From the NCBI GenBank assembly GCA_963797095.1, contig CAWCNY010000005.1, positions 608,001 through 672,000 on the forward strand: a stretch of DNA of 64,000 nucleotides. The letters are read 5' to 3'. Every line of letters starts with the position of its first letter. Within the stretch, counting starts at the first letter, position 1. The position numbers and the translations under genes were made by a program. Of the stretch, positions 19,141-31,235 are shown one piece after another. The notes below the pieces were generated by a model. That model was given only the letters and a program-made list of their open reading frames with translations, did no database searches and was not told the origin of the DNA. Origin of the DNA: an uncultured Chloroflexia bacterium. Its GTDB lineage: Bacteria; Chloroflexota; Chloroflexia; QHBQ01; JADMIH01.

Positions 19141-21795
19141 ATGCGCAGGTCCTTATCGCTCAACAAGCTGTTACTCATCTTCTCTCTACTTCTTGCATTT
19201 CCCATAGTGGCCGCACTCGCCTACTCTTCCTATGTCGATTGGCAGAATAGTGAGCAAGCAGTTCGCAACGCGAACACGCAGACAGCTAAGATAATCGCCG
19301 CTCAGGTTGACGGGTATATTTCAGATGCGCGCTTCATGTTGGAGCAGATGGCCGCGCGCCCATCAGTACGCAACCTTGACCCTGGTGAGTGCGACCCCGC
19401 GCTGGACGATTTTCTTGCTTTGCATACTCAATTCACCACAGTCTTTACGGTTGGCCCGGATGGGCAACTGGTGTGCTCGACGACGCCGCCTGCAAACCGC
19501 CCAAGCACCGCTTTCGGGGACAGGGCATGGTTTCAGGACCTTGTGGCGAATAACGAGTTCGTAATCAGCGAACCCCAGATCGGGAAACTCAGCGGTAAGT
19601 GGGTGGCGGTACTGGCAGTGCCCGTGCATGGGGCAGATAATCGGACGGCAGGCGTAATAGCTTTCTCATTGGATCTTATCCGCTTCCAGGAGCCTTTCGC
19701 TACGTCTGTGAGCCTGGAGGACACAGTAGTCCGAATCATCAACAACGACGGGACGATTGTTGCATCGAGCGACGCCCCCGAACAATGGGTGGGCAGGAAC
19801 TTCGCGGATAACACCACGGTGCAAAGTGTCCTTTCCAGTTTTTCGGGCCAGGATCAGAGCACCGGACTGGACGGTATCGAGCGACTCCAGTCTTACACAA
19901 CCATAGGGTCGGCAAACTGGCATGTGTGGGTAGGTGAGCCGGTTGAGACGGCATTTGTGGCAGCGCGAGACAACTCCATCCGAAATGGGGTTATCGCCTT
20001 GCTGCTATTGGTGGCGGCGGGGGCTTTCGCATTTATGGCTGGGCAGGGGATCGTTGGGCCCGTAAACAGGCTGGCGCAGGCAGCGCGTGCTGTTGGGCAA
20101 GGCAATCGCGATGTCAGAGCACCGGTGGAAGGCCCGGCGGAGATAGCGGATATGGCCTTGGCGTTCAATGCAATGCTGGCGGCGCGCAACAGGGTTGAGG
20201 AAGACCTGCAGCAGTCTGAAGAGGTATTCAAGAAGGCATTCCAGGCCAGCCCTGAAGCGCTATTGATCAGGCGGCTCAGCGACAATGCTGTGCTTGATGT
20301 GAACCCGGCCTTCGAGGAGGTAACAGGCTTTAGCCGAAAGGAAGTGTACGACGAACCCAACGTCTTCTTCGAATTGCTGGCCGGCCCTGACTACCTGGGT
20401 GTAGTTCCCAATATGCTGGCATCGGGCCAGCCTGTTGTGAACTACGAAGTGCAGTTTCGGCATAAATCGGGTGAGATGCGGGATGCCCTGATCACAGCCG
20501 AGAATGTGGAGATCAGGGGCGAGCGCTGCCTGTTGGTGATAGGGCGCGACATCACGGAAATCCGCCAGGCCGAGCGCGCCCGGTTGGCAGTGGAAGCTGC
20601 CGAGAGCGCCAACAAAGCCAAGAGCGAGTTTCTATCGAGTATGAGCCATGAACTGCGCACTCCGCTCAACGCTGTGCTGGGCTTCACCGAGCTTTTGGAG
20701 ATGGAGAACCCTACGCAAAGGCAGTACGAGAATCTAGAGCATATACGCAATGCGGGGCAGCACCTTCTAAAGCTGGTTAACGAAGTGCTCGATATGGCAC
20801 GTATCGAAGCGCAGCAGATCAACCTCGCTCCCGAACCTGTGCCGGTTAGCGACATTCTCAAGGAATGCGTTGACCTGATCGCCCCAAGCGCCCAAAGAGA
20901 CAACATAGAGATCAGGGTAGCGTCGAACGGGCCAGCGAACGACGGAAGTTGGAATGAAGCGGCAGGCAAAGGTAAGGGCCAATCAGCCGAGCAGTGGGTG
21001 CTCGCCGACAGGCAGAAGTTGCGGCAAACGCTACTCAATCTGCTCTCCAACGCGATCAAGTACAACCACGAAGGAGGCTCGGTAACGGTGGGGTCCTCAC
21101 ACGACGGCAACGGATACATCCGCATCAGTGTAGCGGACACGGGTGAGGGCATATCGCCGGAGCAGATGAAGAGGTTGTTTGTGCCTTTCGAGCGACTTGA
21201 GGCAGGCAGGCGCAACATAGAGGGTACGGGCCTGGGCCTGGCGCTGTCCAAGCTGTTAGTGGAGGCGATGGCAGGACGTATCGGGGTGGAAAGCGAGCAG
21301 GGGAGTGGCTCTACCTTCTGGGTTGAGCTTCCCAGGGTGGTCCTGCGTGCTCATGATCAGGACAGACCGAGGGATGAAATAGAAGGAAGCAGCATGGACG
21401 AGGTAACCCATGAAACTACGACAGGGAATGTGCTCTATATTGAGGACAATCTATCCAACCTCAAGCTCGTGGAGGGGATATTGCGGCACCGGCCGGGGGT
21501 GAAGCTGGCGGCTGCTGTCACAGGGGGTGAGGGGCTGGAAGCGGCCCGGCAAAGCAAGCCTGACGTGATCCTGCTCGATCTCAATTTGCCGGATATGCAT
21601 GGTGAAGAGGTATTCAGGCAGTTGCGGGATGGGGAGACGACAGCGCAGATCCCTGTAGTGATAGTGAGTGCGGATGCCAGCCCTGACCAGATCCGGCACT
21701 TAGAATCGCTTGGCGCTTATTCGTATGTCACTAAGCCCGTGGATATCCATCGCCTGCTTGGACTGATCGATGATTTGTTGGGAAAGCAATCTTAA
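19141..21795 (+). CDS. hybrid histidine kinase TM-dCache-TM-HAMP-PAS-HisKA-HATPase-REC
   Basis: DRAWF..ISEP (Cache), HAMP EIADMALAFNAM, SHELRTPLN, GTGLGL, LDLNLPD. Confidence 0.93.
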   Translation: MRRSLSLNKLLLIFSLLLAFPIVAALAYSSYVDWQNSEQAVRNANTQTAKIIAAQVDGYISDARFMLEQMAARPSVRNLDPGECDPALDDFLALHTQFTTVFTVGPDGQLVCSTTPPANRPSTAFGDRAWFQDLVANNEFVISEPQIGKLSGKWVAVLAVPVHGADNRTAGVIAFSLDLIRFQEPFATSVSLEDTVVRIINNDGTIVASSDAPEQWVGRNFADNTTVQSVLSSFSGQDQSTGLDGIERLQSYTTIGSANWHVWVGEPVETAFVAARDNSIRNGVIALLLLVAAGAFAFMAGQGIVGPVNRLAQAARAVGQGNRDVRAPVEGPAEIADMALAFNAMLAARNRVEEDLQQSEEVFKKAFQASPEALLIRRLSDNAVLDVNPAFEEVTGFSRKEVYDEPNVFFELLAGPDYLGVVPNMLASGQPVVNYEVQFRHKSGEMRDALITAENVEIRGERCLLVIGRDITEIRQAERARLAVEAAESANKAKSEFLSSMSHELRTPLNAVLGFTELLEMENPTQRQYENLEHIRNAGQHLLKLVNEVLDMARIEAQQINLAPEPVPVSDILKECVDLIAPSAQRDNIEIRVASNGPANDGSWNEAAGKGKGQSAEQWVLADRQKLRQTLLNLLSNAIKYNHEGGSVTVGSSHDGNGYIRISVADTGEGISPEQMKRLFVPFERLEAGRRNIEGTGLGLALSKLLVEAMAGRIGVESEQGSGSTFWVELPRVVLRAHDQDRPRDEIEGSSMDEVTHETTTGNVLYIEDNLSNLKLVEGILRHRPGVKLAAAVTGGEGLEAARQSKPDVILLDLNLPDMHGEEVFRQLRDGETTAQIPVVIVSADASPDQIRHLESLGAYSYVTKPVDIHRLLGLIDDLLGKQS

Positions 21796-21938
21796 GTGCC
21801 AGGTTAAGCGTTAATGATCTACACAAAGAGTAAAGCTCAAAACTACACAGGTACCTACTTCCCAGGGTTAGTGCCAAAGGAAACCGCAGATGGGGATGAT
21901 ATGGAAATGGCACCTGGGTGCGAGAGGAGTGATGCGCC

Positions 21939-22988
21939 ATGACAACAGCTACCCTCACGACGACGTGGCCGAATGCGCGTATCCTGGTGGTTGATGACCA
22001 GCCGGTGAACACTCTCCTCCTTGAGAATATCTTGAACAGGTATGGGTTCAGGAATGTGCATTCGATCACGGATGCGCGGGACGTGGTGCCTTTGGTGCGT
22101 GATCTGAAGCCTGACCTGATATTGCTCGATCTGTGGATGCCGTACCTGGATGGGTTTGAGGTGCTGGAGAATCTGAGCGATGTGATCGACGGGAGCGAGT
22201 TCTTGCCTGTGCTGGTGCTGACGGCGGATGTGAACCCGGATAGTAAGAGGCGCGCCCTATCGAGCGGTGCGAAGGACTTTTTGAACAAGCCGTTCGACAG
22301 CCAGGAAGTGATCCTGCGGGTTACGAATTTGCTTGAGACGAGGTGGTTGTATTTGCAGTTGCAGGACCGGAACCGCAATCTGGACGAGCAGGTGCGGAAG
22401 CGCACTTATGAGCTGGAAGCGGCGCAGGTTGAGATGCTGGAGAGGCTGGCGTGGGCGGCTGAGTACCGGGACGACGATACGGGCCGCCATATCCAGCGGG
22501 TGGGGAATAATGCGACGATTGTGGCGGAGGCGCTTGGGCTGGGGGAGCAGTTGACCACGCTTATACAACGGGCTGCGCCTCTGCATGATGTGGGGAAGAT
22601 CGGGGTGCCGGACAGTATTCTTCTTAAGCCGGGCAGGCTGACGGCTGAGGAGTTTGATGTGATCAAGAGGCATACGAATATCGGTGCTCGGATCCTGGCG
22701 GAGGGGCATTCGGCCCTGGTACGGACGGCTGCGAGTATTGCTTTTTCGCACCACGAGCGATGGGACGGGTCGGGGTATCCGGCGCGCGTGACGGCGGAGA
22801 GGATTCCGATTGAGGGGCGTATTGTGGCGGTGGTGGATGCTTTTGATGCTCTTACTCATAAACGTCCTTATAAGGAGCCGTGGCCTATTGAGGATGCCCT
22901 TGCGGAGATACGCAGGAATACGGGGACGCAATTCGATCCTATGATTGCTGAGGCGTTTTTGGATTGTCAGAGGTGTCTTGAGTTGTGA
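21939..22988 (+). CDS. RpfG-type response regulator, REC plus HD-GYP c-di-GMP phosphodiesterase
   Basis: [33 protein letters not shown]. Confidence 0.93.
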   Translation: MTTATLTTTWPNARILVVDDQPVNTLLLENILNRYGFRNVHSITDARDVVPLVRDLKPDLILLDLWMPYLDGFEVLENLSDVIDGSEFLPVLVLTADVNPDSKRRALSSGAKDFLNKPFDSQEVILRVTNLLETRWLYLQLQDRNRNLDEQVRKRTYELEAAQVEMLERLAWAAEYRDDDTGRHIQRVGNNATIVAEALGLGEQLTTLIQRAAPLHDVGKIGVPDSILLKPGRLTAEEFDVIKRHTNIGARILAEGHSALVRTAASIAFSHHERWDGSGYPARVTAERIPIEGRIVAVVDAFDALTHKRPYKEPWPIEDALAEIRRNTGTQFDPMIAEAFLDCQRCLEL

Positions 22989-23040
22989 CGAGTGACGAGT
23001 AGCGAGTAGCGAGTGGCGAGTGGCGAGTGACGAGTGGTGA
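22985..23040. repeat. heptamer tandem repeat (GTRRCGA)x8
   Basis: gtgacga gtgacga gtagcga gtagcga gtggcga gtggcga gtgacga gtggtga. Confidence 0.95.
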
Positions 23041-23153
23041 GGTAGGACTATGTTCTGGGCTTGACGGCACTTTTGGGCCATTGATGATATCGATCCTCGG
23101 CGACTATGATGGTTGTCGGGGATTTCTTTTGGCTTGCGATTTGGAAGGATGGT

Positions 23154-23822
23154 ATGCAGCCACTGAAACAGCAAGCACCGTTTCGACTTGGACACAGGCC
23201 CGCGCTGGATGGGTTGCGCGGGATATTTGTGCTTACAGTGGTGGCTCTGCACGCCGGGATACCGTTCATGCAGGGTGGGGGCCTTGGGGTAGATGGCTTC
23301 TTTGTGCTGTCGGGGTTCTTGATTACCTGTTTGCTTTTGCAGGAATGGCAACGCCACGGGGTGATCAGTCTTAATGGTTTCTACGTAAGACGGGCACTTC
23401 GGCTGCTGCCTGCCTTTTACAGCGTACTGGCCGTGATAGGGATAATCACTATGGTGTGCTTGACGGGAGACCTGGCGGTTGATACACAACGGGGATTGCT
23501 CCTTTCGTTCTTGTATTGCAGCAACTGGTTCACGGTGTTTTTCGGGGAAAATCATGTTGGCCTGGGATTATTACTGCATACATGGTCACTTGGTATTGAG
23601 GAGCAGTTCTACCTGGTGTGGCCGGTGTTGCTGATAGGGTTGCTGAGGCTTCGTCTTCGGGAGATGAGGCTTGTGGCCGTGATTGGGACGCTGGCTGTGG
23701 TTGCGTCATTGCGGCGGGTATGGCTTGTGATGATTGGGACCTCCTTTGCGAGGATGTCGTTTGGGACGGATACGCGAGTGGATGCGTTACTGATTGGGTG
23801 TACATGGGGATTGGATGCGTGA
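23154..23822 (+). pseudogene. acyltransferase_3 (OafA-like), C-terminally truncated
   Basis: LDGLRG, GVDGFFVLSGFLIT, RRALRLLP, HTWSLGIEEQFY, TDTRVDALLIG, then an abrupt end at ~220 aa. Confidence 0.8.
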
Positions 23823-23867
23823 TATGCACTCGCTGATGTGCAGCAGGTAGAGCCTGGCATCTTTCAT
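23787..23867 (-). pseudogene. HEPN/DUF86 toxin N-terminal remnant
   Basis: [19 protein letters not shown] with ATGA overlap on the MNT stop; cut off where it meets the acyltransferase. Confidence 0.7.
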
Positions 23868-24162
23868 AGGGGGATAGCTTCCTGCAATACTCTATCTCGG
23901 ATGTACCAATGCAGGGCTTTCTCGGTGACAACATCAACCTTACACCCTGGAAGGTCCTGGAGGTCGAGGAGGAGGCCACTCAGGTCGAGGAGATTGCGGC
24001 CAGGGTCAAGTTCTACCAGGATATCAACGTCACTTTCGTGGGTGGCGTCGCCCCTGGCAACAGAGCCAAACAGCCGTACATTCGTACATTGCGCGCCCCC
24101 TGTTCGTTGGCGAGGCGCAATATGTCTATCCGTTTGGCTCTGACTTGCTCGGTGATATTCAA
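23864..24162 (-). pseudogene. MNT minimal nucleotidyltransferase antitoxin, frameshifted
   Basis: Removing one copy of the CGTACATT duplication (24075-24090) gives 96 aa: ...[35 protein letters not shown]...[25 protein letters not shown]. Confidence 0.88.
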
Positions 24163-24189
24163 TTGCTCATCCAGATGATATTCGACGAA

Positions 24190-26124
<1,935 letters not shown>

Positions 26125-26159
26125 TTATCCACAATTTGATGCTAATATCGCTATCAGTA

Positions 26160-26188
26160 ATTATACCATATTTTGGGGGGATTTGCAC
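26160..26188 (-). promoter_or_regulatory. gyrB promoter GTGCAA-N17-TATAAT with extended -10 (TGgTATAAT)
   Basis: Reverse complement of 26160-26188. Confidence 0.55.
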
Positions 26189-26279
26189 GTGAATGTAGCA
26201 CGTGCGTTCTGTTGGCGGTGCCTGAGGAAGAGCTTGTAGGGGGTGCTTCTTGGTTGGATGGGCATGGTGGAGGCAAAGA

Positions 26280-26396
26280 CCCCTCACCCCCGACCCTTCT
26301 CCCCGTTCGAACGGGGAGAGGGGAGAGTAAAAAGAGGAAGTAGAGTTGGGGGACACCCCCCAAACCCCCTGTCAGGGGAGTACCCCTGCACCCCTT
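26280..26396. repeat. composite dispersed repeat A+B, copy 1
   Basis: CCCCTCACCCCC..CTCCCC-n-GGGGAGAGGGG followed by GGGGGACACCCCC.AAACCCCCTGTCAGGGGAGTACCCCTGCACCCC. Confidence 0.88.
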
Positions 26397-26472
26397 TTGG
26401 TATGTGGCGGGAATATGATACCTTACCCTGGCAGGGAAGTGCCTCTGCACCCACTCTGTGGGTGGAGATAGT

Positions 26473-26519
26473 AAATCCGCCTTCGGGACGGCCTTGTTGG
26501 GGCCGGGGAAGGCGGATTT
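26473..26519 (-). terminator. inverted repeat after the secreted-protein gene
   Basis: AAATCCGCCTTC/GAAGGCGGATTT, 12-bp stem. Confidence 0.55.
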
Positions 26520-26546
26520 TGTTGGGGCTGGTAGTGGGTCAGGGGT

Positions 26547-27323
26547 TTATTGGATTGTGAAGACTAGCACCTGCTCGAGGCCGGTGGAGAGGCCGTGGGC
26601 TACGAGGGAGTAGGTGCCATTGGGTAGGCCGGTGGTGTCGAGGGTGTAGGAGAAGGCACCGGAGTCGTCGGCGGAGGCCATAGCGTTGAGACCGACGACA
26701 CCGTCTACTGTATCGGAGTTATCCTGTCCGAGGGAGTTACGGGGGACTGTGACGCCTGAGGGGACGTTAACCCAGAAGCTGATCCATTCGTCAGCTTCGT
26801 AGGAAGCGCCTGAGATGGTGATGGGTGTGCCAGCGGGAACGGCGCTGCTGGAAGCAGAGAGCTGAGTGGCCGGACCGTCCATAATTGTGAAGGTGAGCAC
26901 CTGATCTTTACCGCTGGTGAGGCCGTGGGCTACGAGGGAGTAGGTGCCATTGGGTAGGCCGGTGGTGTCGAGGGTGTAGGAGAAGTTGCCATCATCATCG
27001 GCTGTGCCCATATCGTTGAGGCCGATGACGCCGTCCACTATCTCGGTATTGGATTGGCCGAGGGAGTCGGGGGAGATTATAGTGCCTGAGGGCACGTTGA
27101 CCCAGACGCCGACCCACTCATCGGCATCGAAGGAAGAGCCTGAGATGGTGAGAGGGGTGCCAGCGGCAACGGTGGAACCGCTAGCTGATGTTAGCGCTAA
27201 TGGGGAGAGGAGGGAAGCAGTCAGGGTTTGCGCAGAGGCTCTTGTACTGCCGAGGAGGGTGGCAGCGAGGGCCAGAGTGAGACCAGGGGCCGCCATCCAT
27301 TTGAAGTTGATCCTGGTAAACAT
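26547..27323 (-). CDS. secreted protein with two tandem ~110-aa beta-rich (Ig-like) domains
   Basis: Signal peptide ending ASA; duplicated AGTP.TISG...WVNVPSG...FSYTLDTTGLPNGTYSLVAHGL; RBS CAGGAG. Confidence 0.8.
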   Translation of the reverse strand: MFTRINFKWMAAPGLTLALAATLLGSTRASAQTLTASLLSPLALTSASGSTVAAGTPLTISGSSFDADEWVGVWVNVPSGTIISPDSLGQSNTEIVDGVIGLNDMGTADDDGNFSYTLDTTGLPNGTYSLVAHGLTSGKDQVLTFTIMDGPATQLSASSSAVPAGTPITISGASYEADEWISFWVNVPSGVTVPRNSLGQDNSDTVDGVVGLNAMASADDSGAFSYTLDTTGLPNGTYSLVAHGLSTGLEQVLVFTIQ

Positions 27324-27471
27324 TTGTGTCTCCTGAAAGTGAAGGTTGACCATAAGGGTCCAGTCGGGTCGTTTCTTGTGTCAACTCCACTTTAATACGC
27401 GCACATTAATGACGGGCAGGAGAAGAATTAAGAGTTGATGAAAGGTTAGCCACCGCATGGCTTGATGGAGT

Positions 27472-28570
27472 CTACTTGTATGAGATCCTGGGATCAACGA
27501 GAGTGTAGAGGATATCAACAAGCATGTTGGCGAGAGCTACGGCTACGATTAGCATGAGAGTGATGGCGAGAGTGAGAGGAAAGTCGAGGGGGAGGAGGGT
27601 CTGGCCGGGAGGGCAGGCAAACTCTCCTACCAGACTGGTGACGAGACAGCCGCCAAGGGCCTTGTAATAAAGTTGGCCCATGCCGGGATAGCCGAAGACC
27701 GATTCGACCATGATAGCTCCGGAGAGCACGACGGGCATCATGAGGCCAACGGTGGTGATTATGGGGATGAGAGCGTTGCGAAAGATGTGCTTGAGAACGA
27801 CCCGCTGAAGGCTCAGACCCTTGGCCCAGGCGGTGCGTATGTAGTCGTGACCCAGCACTTCAAGCATCGAGAAGCGGAGCTGCCTGGAGAGGAGGGCGAT
27901 CTGGGGTAGGGCAAGAGTAGTGACAGGCAGGATGAGATGGTAGAGACGGTCGAAGACATTATTGACGGAGTCGCTGCTAGTGGAGGCGAGAGCGCCGGGG
28001 AGGTAGGGGAGCCAATCCCAGCCGAAGCAATTCCTGAACTGGTAGGGGAGTATGCCGAAGAGGACAGCGAGTATTAGGCCGAGCATAAACGGAGGGATGG
28101 AGAAGCCGGTAAAGGTAACGAGGGTGAGGATATGGTCAAGCCTGGAACCCTGCTTGATCGCAGCGATTATGCCGATAGGAATGGCGACAAGTACGGCAAG
28201 AACAAGGGCGAACCCGACCATCAGGAGTGAATTGAGCCAACGCGAGCCAATTACATCGTTTATGGGTTGAGATGGGATGAAGCGCGCACCAAGAACGCGT
28301 TCGGTGACGCCAAAATCGCCCGTGAGGATGCCGGAGCCTCGAATGTGGAGAGGGCCGATTGTAAAGTCAACGCCTTTGGGGATATTAGTCTGAACGTTGT
28401 CATCGTCGAAAACGGTGGAGAACATATCGTCGGGGTCGAAGAGCCAGGCGAAAAAGCTGGCGGGCCAGGGTTTGCCGAGACCGTATTGTTGGTTGAGGGC
28501 CTGCTTTTCGACTGGGAAGCTCCTATTGTACATAGCGGCGGGGCTGCCTGGCATCACATATACAAGGAGC
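27472..28570 (-). pseudogene. OppB/DppB peptide ABC permease lacking its normal N-terminus
   Basis: GDFG, LYHLILP, SMLEVLGHDYIRTAWAKGL (EAA loop), VDPRI; the first TM start is replaced by unrelated sequence. Confidence 0.72.
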
Positions 28571-28790
28571 GTGTGATGACTCCGCATGGCGTAAACGCCA
28601 GCAGCTTCTACGGTTTTGCACCGATGCATACTCATCCATATGCCATTAAGGTTGCACTATAGGAGACACCTAAGATGCTTTTACGCTGCACAAGGGTTTC
28701 GTGCAACAACCCGCTAACATCTTGCATTATCAAAGTGCGGACTACTACCCGAAGGCAATAGTGGCGTGTAGCATTGGTTAGCTTCCACGT
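28571..28790 (-). ncRNA. candidate structured RNA or foreign insert replacing the oppC-oppB junction
   Basis: At least six stems with G-U pairs on the minus strand, including a 9-bp stem with a C(UUCG)G loop; about 49% GC and no G/C skew, unlike the flanks. Confidence 0.5.
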
Positions 28791-29657
28791 AATACTGTAG
28801 GAAAGGCTTACCGTAGATGCGAGGAGATTGCCCCAGGAGACCAGGGGCGGGTCGTAGATGCCCTGATTGAAGTAGGCAAGGACGGCTTCCAGGATTATGA
28901 AGTCGCCAACGGCGAAGGTGGCGGCTACCAGGATGGGGGCAATTGTGTTGGGGAGGAGATGGCGGAAGATGACGCGCCGCCTTCGAGCGCCAAGAGCGCG
29001 GGCGGCCTCGATGAAGGGCTGGGTGCGGAGGGAGAGGATGGAGCCGCGTACGAGGCGAGCAAGGCCCATCCAGCCGAAGAGGGTGAAGACGAGGCTGATC
29101 ACGCCAAGGGTCATGTAGACGCTGGTAGAGGGACTTTGCCAGAGGGGCATGAAGACCATGAGCTGGCGCAGGAGACGAAGGGTAAGCAGGAAGAGCGGGA
29201 GGAGTGGAAGGGCGAGCAGGAGATCGGTAAAGCGCATGATGACGGTATCAATCAGGCCTCCGAAGTAGCCTGCGACGCCGTCCACCAGGGAGCCGATGAG
29301 GACCATGAGTAAGGTGGAGGCGAGGGCCACGAAGAGGGAGGTGCGCCCGCCGACGAGGAGGCGTGTCAGGTAGTCGCGACCAAGCCAGTCGGTGCCAAGC
29401 CAGTGGGTGCCGCCTTTGAGAAGGTCGGCTTCTCCGAAGTGAGCATAGCCCTGGACCGGATTCACCTCATCTACTTTGAACGAGGTGAACATGGGGACGA
29501 AAATGCAGGCCAGAGCGAGAAGGGCTAATGCGATAGCACCAGCGAGGGCACTCTTTTGCCTGCGAAAGCGCCGCCAGACAAGCGCAAATTGAGTTTCTGT
29601 ACGTTTTGGTACAGCACTGAGTGTTTGCCCACCAGAGGTTAGGATTGCATCGGCCAT
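28788..29657 (-). pseudogene. OppC/DppC peptide ABC permease lacking its C-terminal TM
   Basis: HWLGTDWLGRD, GGRTSL, FIEAARALGA, HLLPN, SWGNLL; the final TM and D.LRD.LDP tail are absent. Confidence 0.75.
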
Positions 29658-29728
29658 GAGATTGTCCTGATGCTAAATGATAGGCTGTCCAGGATCATAT
29701 CCTTTACTCTGGCCGGATGTTTGAGCTA

Positions 29729-30757
29729 TTACTCTAGTTCTGAGAGGAGTTGATCCTCTTCATCGTAGTTGGGGAGGGGGTATTGGGCAGGGTCGGGTGG
29801 GTTGGCGCGCTCCCAGGCTATTGTGTTTTGGAGGGATTGGGTGGGAGAGGTGGGTTCGATGTAGTTTAGCTCCTGGCGGATGCGGTCGCTGCTTACGGTC
29901 AGGTGCTGGGAGGTGTCGAGGGGGAGGTCGGTGCGGCCTTTGGGGACGAGGACAACACGGCCTTGCCAGCCTGTGATGTCGGCTATGAGGCGAACCCATT
30001 CGGCTTCGGGGTGGGAGGGGGATTCGGCTACGTTGTAGATGCGATTGGAGGCAGGGGGGTTGGTGGCGGCGAGGGTGATGGCCCAGGCTACGTTTTCTAC
30101 GTAGCCGCGTGGAGAGTGCCAGGAGGCGAGGGTTTCGTCGAGGGGGATGGCGGGGCGGGCGTCGTCCATTGGTTTGATGTAGGAGTAGAGGCGGTGCTGG
30201 CTGTCGCCGGGGCCGTAGATCATGGGGAGGCGGAGGACGGTGCCGGGGAGGTTGGAGGGGTCGGAGAGGACGGCTTGCTCCACGAGGATTTTGTCGTAGT
30301 GGTCGAAGGGTTTGCGGGGGTGGTCGTTGGGGAGGGGTGGGTCGGAGCGGTAGGGGTAGAGGCGCTCGCGGAGAGGGGAATCTTCGGTGAGAGGGACGGG
30401 GTCGGGCGGGCCGGGCTCGATCTTGTTGAGGCGGGCGAAGGCGCGGTAGACATCGGCGCTGGAGAGGGCGACGATGCGAGCGGCGTGGCCTTTGAAGGCT
30501 TGCATGGCGGCGTTGGCGTCTTCGGCACCGTTGGCACGCATAAGGATCACTACGTCGGGGTTGAGGGCAGGGAGGTCGGAGGGGATGGTGGTTACGGGGA
30601 ATTTGCCGTGAGGGCTGTGTATGTGGCGGACGGTGGGAGGGAGGTCGGGTTCGTGCTCGCCTGTGTGGAAGACGGTGACGGTGTGGCCGAGGTCAAGAAG
30701 CTGGCGGACTACGAAAGGGCCGAGGAAGCCTGTGCCGCCGATGAGGAGGATATGCAA
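29729..30757 (-). CDS. NAD-dependent epimerase/dehydratase (atypical SDR)
   Basis: GGTGFLG, SSADVY, YDKILVE, LRLPMIYGPGD. Confidence 0.88.
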   Translation of the reverse strand: MHILLIGGTGFLGPFVVRQLLDLGHTVTVFHTGEHEPDLPPTVRHIHSPHGKFPVTTIPSDLPALNPDVVILMRANGAEDANAAMQAFKGHAARIVALSSADVYRAFARLNKIEPGPPDPVPLTEDSPLRERLYPYRSDPPLPNDHPRKPFDHYDKILVEQAVLSDPSNLPGTVLRLPMIYGPGDSQHRLYSYIKPMDDARPAIPLDETLASWHSPRGYVENVAWAITLAATNPPASNRIYNVAESPSHPEAEWVRLIADITGWQGRVVLVPKGRTDLPLDTSQHLTVSSDRIRQELNYIEPTSPTQSLQNTIAWERANPPDPAQYPLPNYDEEDQLLSELE

Positions 30758-30815
30758 CGCCTTGCTCCTTTCTTTATGGGGAGAAGGGATGGGGAGAAGG
30801 GCCCGATGAGACCCC

Positions 30816-31145
30816 TCAGTCTTGTTGTACTACCTGGCGGGAGATCTTGCCTATCGAGCCCCAGTGCTTGGCGTAGTCGGCCCTCAGGCGGGCGGCGGCT
30901 TCGCCGGAGCTGTAGCTCTGATAGTCGGCGAGGGAGGCGAATTCGTAGACGGTGATGTATTGGGCGGGCCAGTCGGCGGGGGTGGTGTCTTCGAGGACGC
31001 GGTATTTCCAGGAGCGGAGAACTTGAGGCTCGGCGGTGACTTCAGCCACATGGACGTTGGTGTGCCATTCGTTCCATTCGTCGAGTTTGTCTTCCGGGAT
31101 CCACGTGCGGACTATGTAGAGCACATGTCCTGTGGAGTTGTCCAT
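30816..31145 (-). CDS. small dimeric alpha/beta barrel protein (DUF4286/EthD-like)
   Basis: EWNEWHTNVHV..YITVYEF; RBS GGGAGG. Confidence 0.6.
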   Translation of the reverse strand: MDNSTGHVLYIVRTWIPEDKLDEWNEWHTNVHVAEVTAEPQVLRSWKYRVLEDTTPADWPAQYITVYEFASLADYQSYSSGEAAARLRADYAKHWGSIGKISRQVVQQD

Positions 31146-31235
31146 GATGTTTGCCTCCCATTGTACTCAGGTTTTATGGACGAAGATATGAAGAAGAAGG
31201 AAGTGCGTGGGCTACTTCAGTGGTATTGTACCTGA

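Noticed and set aside
22257-23555. 432-aa minus-strand ORF
   Set aside because: Antisense to the HD-GYP and acyltransferase genes and reads through a heptamer array; no motifs.
23838-24178. Plus-strand ORFs of 101 and 89 aa
   Set aside because: Antisense shadows of the MNT pseudogene.
28600-28675. CGGUGCAAAACCG resembling a cobalamin riboswitch, and UAGUCC resembling a group I intron S element
   Set aside because: AGGGAA, the B12 box and the P/Q/R elements are absent; flanking coding sequence is lost, which does not fit an intron.
28583-28726. TGCA recurring every 34-36 nt, suggesting a CRISPR or TIGR-like array
   Set aside because: No conserved repeat beyond 4-5 nt and no CCA-N9-TG boxes; better explained by stems.
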